A stretch of 32,000 bases of DNA, taken from positions 240,001 through 272,000 of the forward strand of contig NZ_BCZP01000004.1 of NCBI RefSeq assembly GCF_001598795.1. Reading direction: 5' to 3'. The stretch comes from Delftia acidovorans NBRC 14950. GTDB lineage: Bacteria; Pseudomonadota; Gammaproteobacteria; Burkholderiales; Burkholderiaceae_C. The notes beneath the pieces were generated by a model. The model did no database searches and was not told the origin of the DNA. It saw nothing but the letters and a program-made list of their open reading frames with translations. Positions 17,296 through 28,195 of the stretch are shown one piece after another (positions within the stretch are counted from its first letter, which is position 1; each line of letters starts with the position of its first letter). A program made the translations under genes and the position numbers.

Positions 17296-18721
17296 GCACC
17301 CCCTGAGCGGCTGCGCCGCTTCCCCCGTGTGCACGGCGCCCTCTCTCGCTTCGCGGGAGGGGGACGACGCCATCGCCGCGAGGCGGCTCTTGCTTGGCGT
17401 CTCTGGTTTGGGCCGTGCCGGCTTTGCGGGTCGTTCACCTTATCGGGCCCTGTTTGTGGCTGTGGCGCTGTGCTGGGGGGCGGGTTCTGCGCTTGCGCAG
17501 CAGGCTGTGCCCGCTGTGCCGGCCATCACTGCGGCGCCTGCCTCCGAGGTGGCTCCGGCGGCTGCGCCGCAGCAGCCGGTGGGGATGCAGGAGTATCTGC
17601 AGATGGTGGTGCGCAACCAGCCCCAGCTGGCGGCGCAGCGGCTGCAGATCGGGATTGCGCAGGCGGACAGTCGCACGGCGGCGGCGTTTCCCAATCCCAC
17701 GGCGTCGTACAGCAGCAAGCCGGGCGAGAAGCAGTGGGGCATAGAGCAGCCGCTGCCCATCTTCGGCCAGCGGCGTTTGCGCATGGAGAACGCGCGCAAG
17801 GGCGAGACGGCGGCGCGTGCCAATGTCGAGGTGGCCGTGGCCACCACGCTCAACGATGCAGCCACGGCCTTCATCGACCTGCTGATGACGCAGCAGCGCC
17901 TGAAGGTCTGGGAAGAGGCGCAGGAGTCGCTGAACGGCGCAGGCAATATCGTGCGCGGCCAGATCGAAGCAGGCGCGCGCAGCCGCTATGACGGCGCACG
18001 CCTGAGCCTGCAGCAGGCCCAGATGGCCATGCAGGTCAGCCAGGCCCAGTCGGACTGGCAGGACGCCGCCTCGCACGCCGCCGCCCTGGCCGCCCTGCCC
18101 CAATGGGCGCCGCGCGCCACGGGCAGCCTGCAGGCCGTGCCCGTGGGCCAGCTGCTGCACGAGCAGGAGCTCTGGGAGGCCGCGCGCCAGCGCCTGCCGG
18201 CCCTGGTCGCTGCCCAGGCCGAGCTGGACCAGCTGCGCCACAAGGTCGAGCTGGAACGTCGCGAAGCCCTGCCCACGCCCAGCGTGAGCGTGGCGCGCGT
18301 GCGCAACCGCCTTGACGGCAACTACAACCAGATCGGCGTGTCGGTGGAGCTGCCGCTGTTCGATCGCCGCGAAGGCCCTATCGCGCGTGCCCAGGTGGAG
18401 GCCGAACAGGCCCAGCTGCGCTACGACGCCGCGCTGATCGAGGCGCGCACTGAGCTGCAGCGCGCCATCAAGCAACTGAAGCTGCGCCGCGATGCCGTGC
18501 GCGCCTACGAAAAGCAGGGCCTGGCCCAGATCGCGCCGCTCAACCAGATGGCCCAGGACGCCTACAAGCTGGGCCAGGGCTCCATCCTGGAGCTGATCGA
18601 TTCGCTGGGCTCCATCAACGAGCACCGCCTGGAGCACCTGGACCTGGTCAAGGAAATGATGCTGGCCGAGTGGCAGGTGCGCGTGGCCAGCGGCGATCTG
18701 CCGATGTGGGCAGCGCCCTGA
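17282..18721 (+). CDS. Outer-membrane efflux protein (TolC/CzcC family). The start codon is uncertain.
   Basis: TolC-family repeats (LQ...AQAD..., LPTPSVSV, ELPLFDRREG). Codons 6-39 of the ORF run through REP-like copy 2. A signal-like segment RSPYRALFVAVALCWGAGSALAQQ follows, so in-frame TTG 17390 or TTG 17408 are alternative starts. Confidence 0.75.
   Translation: MKKSKHPLSGCAASPVCTAPSLASREGDDAIAARRLLLGVSGLGRAGFAGRSPYRALFVAVALCWGAGSALAQQAVPAVPAITAAPASEVAPAAAPQQPVGMQEYLQMVVRNQPQLAAQRLQIGIAQADSRTAAAFPNPTASYSSKPGEKQWGIEQPLPIFGQRRLRMENARKGETAARANVEVAVATTLNDAATAFIDLLMTQQRLKVWEEAQESLNGAGNIVRGQIEAGARSRYDGARLSLQQAQMAMQVSQAQSDWQDAASHAAALAALPQWAPRATGSLQAVPVGQLLHEQELWEAARQRLPALVAAQAELDQLRHKVELERREALPTPSVSVARVRNRLDGNYNQIGVSVELPLFDRREGPIARAQVEAEQAQLRYDAALIEARTELQRAIKQLKLRRDAVRAYEKQGLAQIAPLNQMAQDAYKLGQGSILELIDSLGSINEHRLEHLDLVKEMMLAEWQVRVASGDLPMWAAP
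17299..17397. repeat. REP-like GC-rich hairpin repeat, copy 2
   Basis: CCCCCTGAGCGGCTGCGCCGCTTCCCCC...CCCTCTCTCGCTTCGCGGGAGGGGGAC...CTTGCTTGG. It is homologous to 816-911 and lies at the pump / outer-membrane-factor gene junction. Confidence 0.7.
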
Positions 18722-18770
18722 GGCGCTTCGCGCCCTTCCCCTCCTGCTGTGCGGGAGGGGCGGTCGGACC
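18716..18770. repeat. REP-like repeat, shorter copy 3
   Basis: CCCTGAGGCGCTTCGCGCCCTTCCCCTCC-TGCTGTGCG-GGAGGGGCGG. The TGA within CCCTGAG is the stop codon of the outer-membrane factor gene. Confidence 0.5.
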
Positions 18771-18952
18771 CTGGGTGGCACCTCCCGGTGTGCCTGGTCA
18801 GGATCACGCCAGTTTCATGCGGTGCGATGCCGCGCAGCGCAGCCCAAGGCTGAAAAGAGGTGGTAAACATGCCGGCACCCCCACCGATCTCGGCGGAGTC
18901 TGGCGCGCCGTATAGTGTCTGCCTCAGTTTCGAGTCAGGCCCTGCCGCCCGC

Positions 18953-19657
18953 ATGTACCGCTATCTCATCATCGAAGACGACGCGCTGAACGCGCGCTAC
19001 ATCGCCGAAGGCCTGCGCCAGCAGGGCGCGCAGGTGGCGGTGTGCAGCGATGGTGTGCAGGGCATCGCCATGGCCGTGGGCGAGAGCTGGGATGTGATCA
19101 TCCTCGACCGCATGCTGCCCAACGGCTTCGACGGCCTGCAGATCCTGCAGACGCTGCGCTCCATGGGCAAGCAGACGCCGGTGCTGGTGCTCAGCGCCCT
19201 GTCGGCCACGGACGAGCGCGTGCGCGGCCTCAAGGCCGGCTGCGACGACTACCTGACCAAGCCCTTTGCCTTCTCCGAACTCTCGGCGCGCCTGGAGGCC
19301 CTGGTGCGCCGCGCCCAGATCCCGGCCCCTGCGCGCGAGATGCGCCTGGCCGACCTGCGGCTGAACCTGCTCACGCGCAGCGCCGAGCGCGCGGGCCAGC
19401 CGCTGGCGCTGCAGCCGCGCGAGTTCCGCCTGCTGGCCTTTCTGATGCAGCACGCGCACCAGATCGTCACGCGCACCATGCTGCTGGAGTCGGTGTGGGA
19501 CTACCGGTTCGACCCGCAGACCAATGTCATCGACGTGCACATCAGCCGCCTGCGCGGCAAGGTGGACAAGGGCTTCGAGCCCGCGCTGATCCACACCGTG
19601 CGCGGCGTGGGCTACAGCCTGTCGGACCGGCCGCAGGACCTGCCGCAGGTGGCCTGA
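18953..19657 (+). CDS. OmpR/PhoB-family response regulator
   Basis: MYRYLIIEDD...ILDRMLP...LTKPF receiver domain plus a winged-helix output domain (VHISRLRGKV...TVRGVGY). The start is set at ATG 18953; the track ORF opens at 18860. Confidence 0.9.
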   Translation: MYRYLIIEDDALNARYIAEGLRQQGAQVAVCSDGVQGIAMAVGESWDVIILDRMLPNGFDGLQILQTLRSMGKQTPVLVLSALSATDERVRGLKAGCDDYLTKPFAFSELSARLEALVRRAQIPAPAREMRLADLRLNLLTRSAERAGQPLALQPREFRLLAFLMQHAHQIVTRTMLLESVWDYRFDPQTNVIDVHISRLRGKVDKGFEPALIHTVRGVGYSLSDRPQDLPQVA

Positions 19658-19661
19658 TCCG

Positions 19662-21062
19662 ATGTCGCTGGCCAAGCCCTGGAGCTCCACGGCCTTCCGG
19701 CTGGCGCTGACCTACGGCGTGCTGCTGGTGCTGACCATGTCCATCGTGCTGTCGGTGTTCTACGTGCAGACCGTGGGCGTGCTGCGCATGCGCATGGACC
19801 GGCAGGCCGAGAACCACATGCGCCGCCTGGTCGAGCACCGCGACAAGTACGGCGAGCCCGCGCTGGAGGCTGAGATCCAGCAGACCCTGCTGGACGGCGT
19901 CAACACCGATACCGAAATCCTCATCCTCATGGATGGCGACGGCAATCCCATCATCGGCAACGCCGACGTGGTGCCCGCACGCCGCCTGACGGAGATGGGC
20001 GTGCGTGATCTCAAGGTGCGGCGCAACGGCCGCATCATCGCGGGCCGCGTGGCCGTGGCGCAGCTGTCCGACGGCAAGCTGCTGGCCGTGGGCAGCGACA
20101 TGCAGGTGCAAAGCGATGTGGAGGAACTGTTCGGCCGCGCAAGCCTGCTGGCCGGCCTGGTGGCCCTGGGCATGGCCGTGCTGGGCGCCGGGGCCTTCCG
20201 GCGCGTGGTGGAAGAGCGTGCCGCCGACATCCGCAGCACCATGGCGCGCGTGGCCACGGGCGACCTGCGCCAGCGCATTCCGGTCACGCGCCGCGACGAT
20301 GAGTTCACGCTGCTCAACCGCGACATCAACACCATGCTGGACCGGCTCGAACTGCTGATGGACGGCATACGCCATGTCTCCAACACCATCGCCCACAACC
20401 TGCGCACGCCGCTGACGCGCATCCTGCTGCGCCTGCGCAATGCTCAGCAGGCCACGCCCGAGGAAAAGAACGAGACGCTGGCGCTGGTGGCCCAGGAAGT
20501 GGCCGAGCTGGGCGTGGTCTTCGACAAGCTGCTGCAGATCGCCGAAGTGGAAAGCGGCGCCAGCCGCAAGAACTTCGCGCCCGTGGACCTGCGTGCCCTG
20601 CTGGTCGACGTGGTGGAGTTCTACGAACCGCTGGTCGAGGACGCAGGCGGCGTGCTGCGCCTGGAGGTCGAGGGCACGCCCATGGCGCTGGGCGACGGCG
20701 ACCTGCTGGCCAGCGCCGTGGCCAACCTCGTGGACAACGCCATCAAGTACGGATCACTGCCCGACAGCGACCACGGCGCCGACATGCTGCTGCGCGCGGG
20801 CGTGGCCCACGAGCACGGCATGGACGGCGGCGCCTGGGGCGTGGAAATCATCGTGCAGGACCGAGGCCCCGGCGTGGACGCGCAGACGCGCGAGAAGATG
20901 AGCACCCGCTTTTACCGAGCCGAATCGGACCGCGAAGGCTATGGCCTGGGCCTGGCCAGCGTGTTGGCCATCGTGCAGCTGCACGGCGGCAAGCTGGGCT
21001 TCGAAAACATGCATCCGGGCCTGCAGGCAAGGATCTGGCTGCCCGGGTTGCCCACGGCCTGA
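19662..21062 (+). CDS. Sensor histidine kinase (two TM segments, HAMP, HisKA, HATPase)
   Basis: H-box SNTIAHNLRTPLT, N-box VDNAIKY and G-boxes DRGPGV / GLGLA. It lies 4 nt downstream of the regulator gene. Confidence 0.9.
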   Translation: MSLAKPWSSTAFRLALTYGVLLVLTMSIVLSVFYVQTVGVLRMRMDRQAENHMRRLVEHRDKYGEPALEAEIQQTLLDGVNTDTEILILMDGDGNPIIGNADVVPARRLTEMGVRDLKVRRNGRIIAGRVAVAQLSDGKLLAVGSDMQVQSDVEELFGRASLLAGLVALGMAVLGAGAFRRVVEERAADIRSTMARVATGDLRQRIPVTRRDDEFTLLNRDINTMLDRLELLMDGIRHVSNTIAHNLRTPLTRILLRLRNAQQATPEEKNETLALVAQEVAELGVVFDKLLQIAEVESGASRKNFAPVDLRALLVDVVEFYEPLVEDAGGVLRLEVEGTPMALGDGDLLASAVANLVDNAIKYGSLPDSDHGADMLLRAGVAHEHGMDGGAWGVEIIVQDRGPGVDAQTREKMSTRFYRAESDREGYGLGLASVLAIVQLHGGKLGFENMHPGLQARIWLPGLPTA

Positions 21063-21069
21063 AGCCGTT

Positions 21070-21468
21070 TCAGCGGTCCTTGTGACCGTAGGCGCAAAAG
21101 CCGGGCTTGGGCCCCTTCTTGGGGTGCAGACGACAGGTTTCGGGCCGCTTGTCGTATACCGTGCAGCGCCGCGACTTGGCATCCAGGAAATTGCAGTCCC
21201 CGCTGGCGCGCCGCGCCATGGTGAAGATGTTGTGCTTGGGGTTGTAGTGGTCGATCAGCCGCATCTTCATCAGCCGTTTGGCGATGAGCTTGGGCTCCAC
21301 GTTGTCCACCTCGAACGGATCCACCAGCTCCAGCCGCACCAGATCGGGCAGCTGCACCTCCAGCGGCATGGTGCAGCAGTTGGCCGCACAGCTGTCGCAC
21401 ATGCCGGGCTTGTATTTGCTCCAGGAGTCGAGGCGGTCGACGTCGACGATGCTGATGGGGGATCTCAT
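21070..21468 (-). CDS. YkgJ-family cysteine-cluster protein (UPF0153, CxxCxxCC)
   Basis: 132 aa with CDSCAANCC and further Cys residues (GDCNFL...RRCTVY...ETCRLHP). Confidence 0.7.
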   Translation of the reverse strand: MRSPISIVDVDRLDSWSKYKPGMCDSCAANCCTMPLEVQLPDLVRLELVDPFEVDNVEPKLIAKRLMKMRLIDHYNPKHNIFTMARRASGDCNFLDAKSRRCTVYDKRPETCRLHPKKGPKPGFCAYGHKDR

Positions 21469-21597
21469 GGTGGGGGATGGGCGTGTGCAGGGCCGCTATT
21501 TTTCGCCAGAAAGCCCGGCGGCGGTTGCCGCGCCGGCGTAGCCAAGCGAGGGGGCGGGTCTTTGGGGGACGCTGCCCCTGCATCCATCCCCTGGCCT

Positions 21598-22062
21598 TCA
21601 GGCCGGCCGCTTCCTCAACAGGTATTTCTGAAACCCGTCCGACACCCGCTCGTCGCGCTGGTTCAGCACCTCGGTGGCCAGGGTCAGCACGCCCGTGGTG
21701 TTGCCGGGCTTGAGCTCGGACACCGTCAGCGTGCAGTACAGCGTGTCGCCCACATAGACGGGGGCCAGGAAGCGGCTGCCCTGCTCCAGAAAGCCCTTGA
21801 GCGATTCCTCGACCATGTGCGGGAACAGGCCGGCGCCTGCCGCCGTCTGTATGGCCACTTGGTAGCCGTGGGCCAGCATATGGGGCATGCCGCGCGCACG
21901 GCAGTACTCCACGTCGTAGTGCACGGGATGGTTGTCGCCGCTGGCCAGCTGGAAGGCGGCGAACAGGGCATCGGTCATGGTGCGCGAGGGCAGGGCGAAG
22001 ACCTCGCCCAGCGCGAAGTCTTCAAAGTAGCGCTGGGCGCACAGGGATGGGTGGCGTGGCAT
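21598..22062 (-). CDS. MaoC-family (hot-dog fold) dehydratase
   Basis: FAAFQLASGDNHPVHYD...AHGY motif. ATG 22062 is preceded by an AGGAGA Shine-Dalgarno. The track ORF opens at 22116. Confidence 0.8.
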   Translation of the reverse strand: MPRHPSLCAQRYFEDFALGEVFALPSRTMTDALFAAFQLASGDNHPVHYDVEYCRARGMPHMLAHGYQVAIQTAAGAGLFPHMVEESLKGFLEQGSRFLAPVYVGDTLYCTLTVSELKPGNTTGVLTLATEVLNQRDERVSDGFQKYLLRKRPA

Positions 22063-22073
22063 GGCGACTCTCC

Positions 22074-23045
22074 TCAGTTCGCGCTCATGTGGGCGGCCCG
22101 GGCGACCTTGCCCCATTTGTCCAGCTCCTGCTTGAGGAAGGTGGCCAGCGCCTGGGGGCGCGGCTGCTTTTCCAGCACCAGGCCCATGTCGTAGGCCTTT
22201 TTCTGCAGCCCGGCATCGTCCACCGTGGCCTGCAGGCTGGACTGCAGGCGGGCAATCAGCGCTGGCGGCGTGCCTGCGGGGGCGAACACGGCGTTCCAGG
22301 TATAGGCCTCGTAGCCGGGCACCTGCTCGGCAATGGCAGGCGTGTCGGGTGTCTGCGGCAGGCGCTGGGCCATGGTGGTGGCCAGCAGGCGCACCGTGCC
22401 CGCCTTGACCTGGGCCAGGCCCGTGGGAGCGCTGTCCAGCATGAAGGCCAGGTGCCCGCCGATGAGGTCCTGTATGGCCGGCGCACTGCCCCGGTAGGGC
22501 ACATGCTGGGCCCGGGTGCCCGCCATCAGGTTCAGCAGCTCCGCGCCCAGGTGCGGTGCGCTGCCCACGCCCGCCGAGGCATAGCTGACCTGGCCGGGCC
22601 GCGCCCGCAGATAGGCCAGGAAATCCGGCAGGCTCTGCACGGGCAGCCGCTTGTCCACCACCAGCACCAGCGGCGCCCTGGCGAGCAATCCCACGGGCGC
22701 GAAGTCTTCCTCCGTGCGGTAGCCCAGCTTGTCGTGGATGTAGGGATTGACGGCATGCGCCACCGTGGTCAGCAGCAGGGTGTAGCCGTCAGGGGCTGCC
22801 TTGGCAACCGCCTCCGTGCCCACCAGGGTGCCGGCACCCGTGCGGTTCTCGATCACCACGGGCGTGCCCAGCTTCTGGCTCCAGACATCGGCCATGGCGC
22901 GGCCAAAGGTGTCGGTGGGGCCGCCTGCCGCATAGGGAATCACCAGCTTGATGGGGCGCGCCGGATAGTCCTGCGCTGCGGCCGCGCCGGCGGCCAGAAG
23001 CAGGGCGGTGAGAAGGGTTTGGCGTCTTGCCGTCTTGAAGTCCAT
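22074..23045 (-). CDS. Bug-family tripartite tricarboxylate transporter substrate-binding protein (TctC-like)
   Basis: MDFKTARRQTLLTALLLAAGAAAAQDYPARPIKLVIPYAAGGPTD is the classic Bug/TctC N-terminus. ATG 23045 has a GGAGA Shine-Dalgarno. The 586-aa track ORF is an upstream read-through. Confidence 0.9.
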   Translation of the reverse strand: MDFKTARRQTLLTALLLAAGAAAAQDYPARPIKLVIPYAAGGPTDTFGRAMADVWSQKLGTPVVIENRTGAGTLVGTEAVAKAAPDGYTLLLTTVAHAVNPYIHDKLGYRTEEDFAPVGLLARAPLVLVVDKRLPVQSLPDFLAYLRARPGQVSYASAGVGSAPHLGAELLNLMAGTRAQHVPYRGSAPAIQDLIGGHLAFMLDSAPTGLAQVKAGTVRLLATTMAQRLPQTPDTPAIAEQVPGYEAYTWNAVFAPAGTPPALIARLQSSLQATVDDAGLQKKAYDMGLVLEKQPRPQALATFLKQELDKWGKVARAAHMSAN

Positions 23046-23121
23046 AATTTTCTCCGTTGTCTCCTGGCGCCGACTATAGAAATGCGCGGCCAATGCAGCC
23101 AGTCGAATCATTGATAGGCCG

Positions 23122-23138
23122 GTTAGAAACCGTCTAAC
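23122..23138. promoter_or_regulatory. LysR-type operator candidate (T-N11-A inverted repeat)
   Basis: GTTAGA-AACCG-TCTAAC has perfect 6-bp arms. It lies in the divergent TctC/LysR intergenic region, just upstream of the LysR ORF. Confidence 0.4.
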
Positions 23139-23147
23139 ACCAAGGAA

Positions 23148-24092
23148 ATGCTCCCGGCGGGCATGCAACGAATGCGATATGAATTGACGGATCTCAGGGT
23201 TTTCCTTGCCATTGCCCAGGCCAAAAGCCTCAGCGCAGGCGCGGCTGAAATGCATTTGACGGCGCCATCTGCCAGCTACCGGCTCAAGAATCTGGAGCAG
23301 GCCATGGGTGCATCGCTGTTTGAAAGAACGTCCAAAGGCATGGTGCTCACGCCGGCGGGAATGACGGTCAAGAAATACGCCGATTCCATTTTCGGCAGCG
23401 TGGACCGCTTGCACGGAGAAATGCAAAGACACATCAACGGAATATCGGGCCATATCCGCGTCTTTGCCAACAGCAGCACGCTGACGGGAATCGCGCCCGT
23501 GCTCAGCCGCTATCTGGCCCATTATCCGAACGTCAATGTGGACTTGGAGGAGCGCCTGAGCGAAGACACGGTGCGCGCCGTGCTCGACGGCAGTGCCGAT
23601 GTGGGCCTGGTGGCCGGCCAGATCGATCTGCATGGCCTGCATGCCATCACCTATGGCCACGATGAACTGGTGTTTGTGGTGCCCGCTGGCCACCCCTTGG
23701 CCGCCAGCAGCAGGGTGCCGCTGGAAACCGCGCTGACCTACGACCTGGTCTCGATCGGCCGCAAGACCAGCAACTTCCTCTACCTCCAAGGTATGGCTTC
23801 CAAGCTGGGAATGAATCCCAGGGTACGTGTGCACACACCAACATTCGAGGCCGTGCTGCAGTGCGTGCAGGAAGGCGTGGGCATTGCGCTGGTGCCACGC
23901 TCCATTGCCCGGCCGGCGCTGCAGGCGCGCAGGCTGGCTGCCGTGGGCCTGGACGAGGCCTGGGCGCAGCGCGAGCAGAAGGTGGTCACGCGCGAACCCG
24001 AAACCCTGCCCGCCTATGCCCGCGATTTCGTGGCCTATGTGGCGGCCCAGCCTTTGCCCGAGGAAGGCGCCGTGCAGGAATCCCTGCCTTAG
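23148..24092 (+). CDS. LysR-family transcriptional regulator
   Basis: N-terminal HTH (LTDLRVFLAIAQAKSLSAGAAEMHLTAPSASYRLKNLEQAMGASLFER) and a LysR substrate-binding domain. The true start may be ATG 23163 or 23172 (MRYELTDL...). Confidence 0.85.
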   Translation: MLPAGMQRMRYELTDLRVFLAIAQAKSLSAGAAEMHLTAPSASYRLKNLEQAMGASLFERTSKGMVLTPAGMTVKKYADSIFGSVDRLHGEMQRHINGISGHIRVFANSSTLTGIAPVLSRYLAHYPNVNVDLEERLSEDTVRAVLDGSADVGLVAGQIDLHGLHAITYGHDELVFVVPAGHPLAASSRVPLETALTYDLVSIGRKTSNFLYLQGMASKLGMNPRVRVHTPTFEAVLQCVQEGVGIALVPRSIARPALQARRLAAVGLDEAWAQREQKVVTREPETLPAYARDFVAYVAAQPLPEEGAVQESLP

Positions 24093-24186
24093 AAGATTTG
24101 AAATTCCGCTTAGAAAATGCCGACTGGCTGGGTGATGGTCGCACTTCTAGAATGCGGCGAATCGAATATTCGCCTCGTTCAAGAAA

Positions 24187-25332
24187 ATGCAGACACGCCC
24201 ATTGGATGGTTTGACGGTATTGGCCATGGAACACGCCGTGGCAGGGCCTTTTGCCAGCCGGCAGCTGGCGGACCTGGGGGCCAGGGTCATCAAGCTGGAG
24301 CGATTGCCCGATGGGGATTTTGCACGGGGCTATGACGACAAGGTCCATGGTGAATCATCCTTTTTTATCTGGGCCAATCGGGGAAAGCAAAGTCTGGCTG
24401 CGGATATCAAGACCGCCGAAGGGCAGCATATCGTCGGGAAAATACTGGAAAACGCCGATATCCTGATCCAGAACCTGGCCCCGGGTGCCATGCAGAGAAT
24501 GGGCATGGATTTCGACAGCCTGCATGAGAAATATCCGCGTCTCATCGTCTGCGATATATCGGGTTATGGCGAGGGCGGCCCGCTCAGCGACAGGAAGGCC
24601 TATGACCTGCTGATCCAGGCGGCAGCCGGCCTGATCTCGGTCACGGGCACGCCTGATCAGCCCGCGCGCGTGGGCATTTCCATCGCCGACATCGCAGCCG
24701 GCATGTATGCCTACTCAGGCATTTTGTCCGCCCTGCTGCAGCGCGCCCGCACCGGCCGGGGCCTGCGCGTGGAGGTGTCCATGCTGGAGGCGCTGGCCGA
24801 ATGGATGTCCTACCCGCTGAACTTCGCCCATTACGGCGGCACGGCGCCTGCGCGCAGCGGGCTGACCCATCCTTCCATCGCGCCCTATGGCCAGTACACG
24901 GCCGGTGACGGCCAGAGCCTGATCTTCGGCCTGCAGAACGACCGCGAATGGCACAGCTTCTGCACCCATGTGCTGCAGCAGCCCGCGCTGGCGCAGGACA
25001 CGCGCTTTGCCACCAACGTGCAGCGCGTGGCGCACCGTGCGGAACTCGATGCGGTGATCGCATCGGTGCTGGCCCACCTGAGCCGCGAACAGGCCATGCA
25101 GCGCCTGGATGCAGGCGGCATCGCCAACGCGCCGCTCAACGACATGCACGCGGTCTGGAACCATCCGCAATTGCAGGCGCGCCAACGCTGGCGCGAAGTC
25201 GCCACGCCGGCCGGCAGCATCCAGGCCCTGCTGCCCCCGGCCACGCTGTCGGATGCCGAAGCCGCCATGGGCGCCGTGCCCGCGCTGGGCGAGCATACGC
25301 AGGCGCTGTGGGAGGAGTTTGGCGGGCGGTGA
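24187..25332 (+). CDS. Family III CoA-transferase (CaiB/BaiF)
   Basis: MQTRPLDGLTVLAMEHAVAGPFASRQLADLGARVIKLE is the typical family III N-terminus; the GxxD and ISGYG regions are also present. Confidence 0.85.
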   Translation: MQTRPLDGLTVLAMEHAVAGPFASRQLADLGARVIKLERLPDGDFARGYDDKVHGESSFFIWANRGKQSLAADIKTAEGQHIVGKILENADILIQNLAPGAMQRMGMDFDSLHEKYPRLIVCDISGYGEGGPLSDRKAYDLLIQAAAGLISVTGTPDQPARVGISIADIAAGMYAYSGILSALLQRARTGRGLRVEVSMLEALAEWMSYPLNFAHYGGTAPARSGLTHPSIAPYGQYTAGDGQSLIFGLQNDREWHSFCTHVLQQPALAQDTRFATNVQRVAHRAELDAVIASVLAHLSREQAMQRLDAGGIANAPLNDMHAVWNHPQLQARQRWREVATPAGSIQALLPPATLSDAEAAMGAVPALGEHTQALWEEFGGR

Positions 25333-25363
25333 GCATGGCCAGGGGGGCCAGGGTCCGGCCATG

Positions 25364-25392
25364 AAAAAAGCGCTCCTTGCAGAGCGCTTTTT
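25364..25392. terminator. Bidirectional rho-independent terminator between the CoA-transferase gene and gyrB
   Basis: AAAAAAGCGCTC-CTTGCA-GAGCGCTTTTT has an A-run on one side and a T-run on the other, and sits between convergent genes. Confidence 0.75.
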
Positions 25393-25413
25393 GCAGTGTG
25401 CCGTTCGGCTGGA

Positions 25414-28167
<2,754 letters not shown>

Positions 28168-28195
28168 TCAGGCATCGGTGTCGTGTGGCGCGCGG

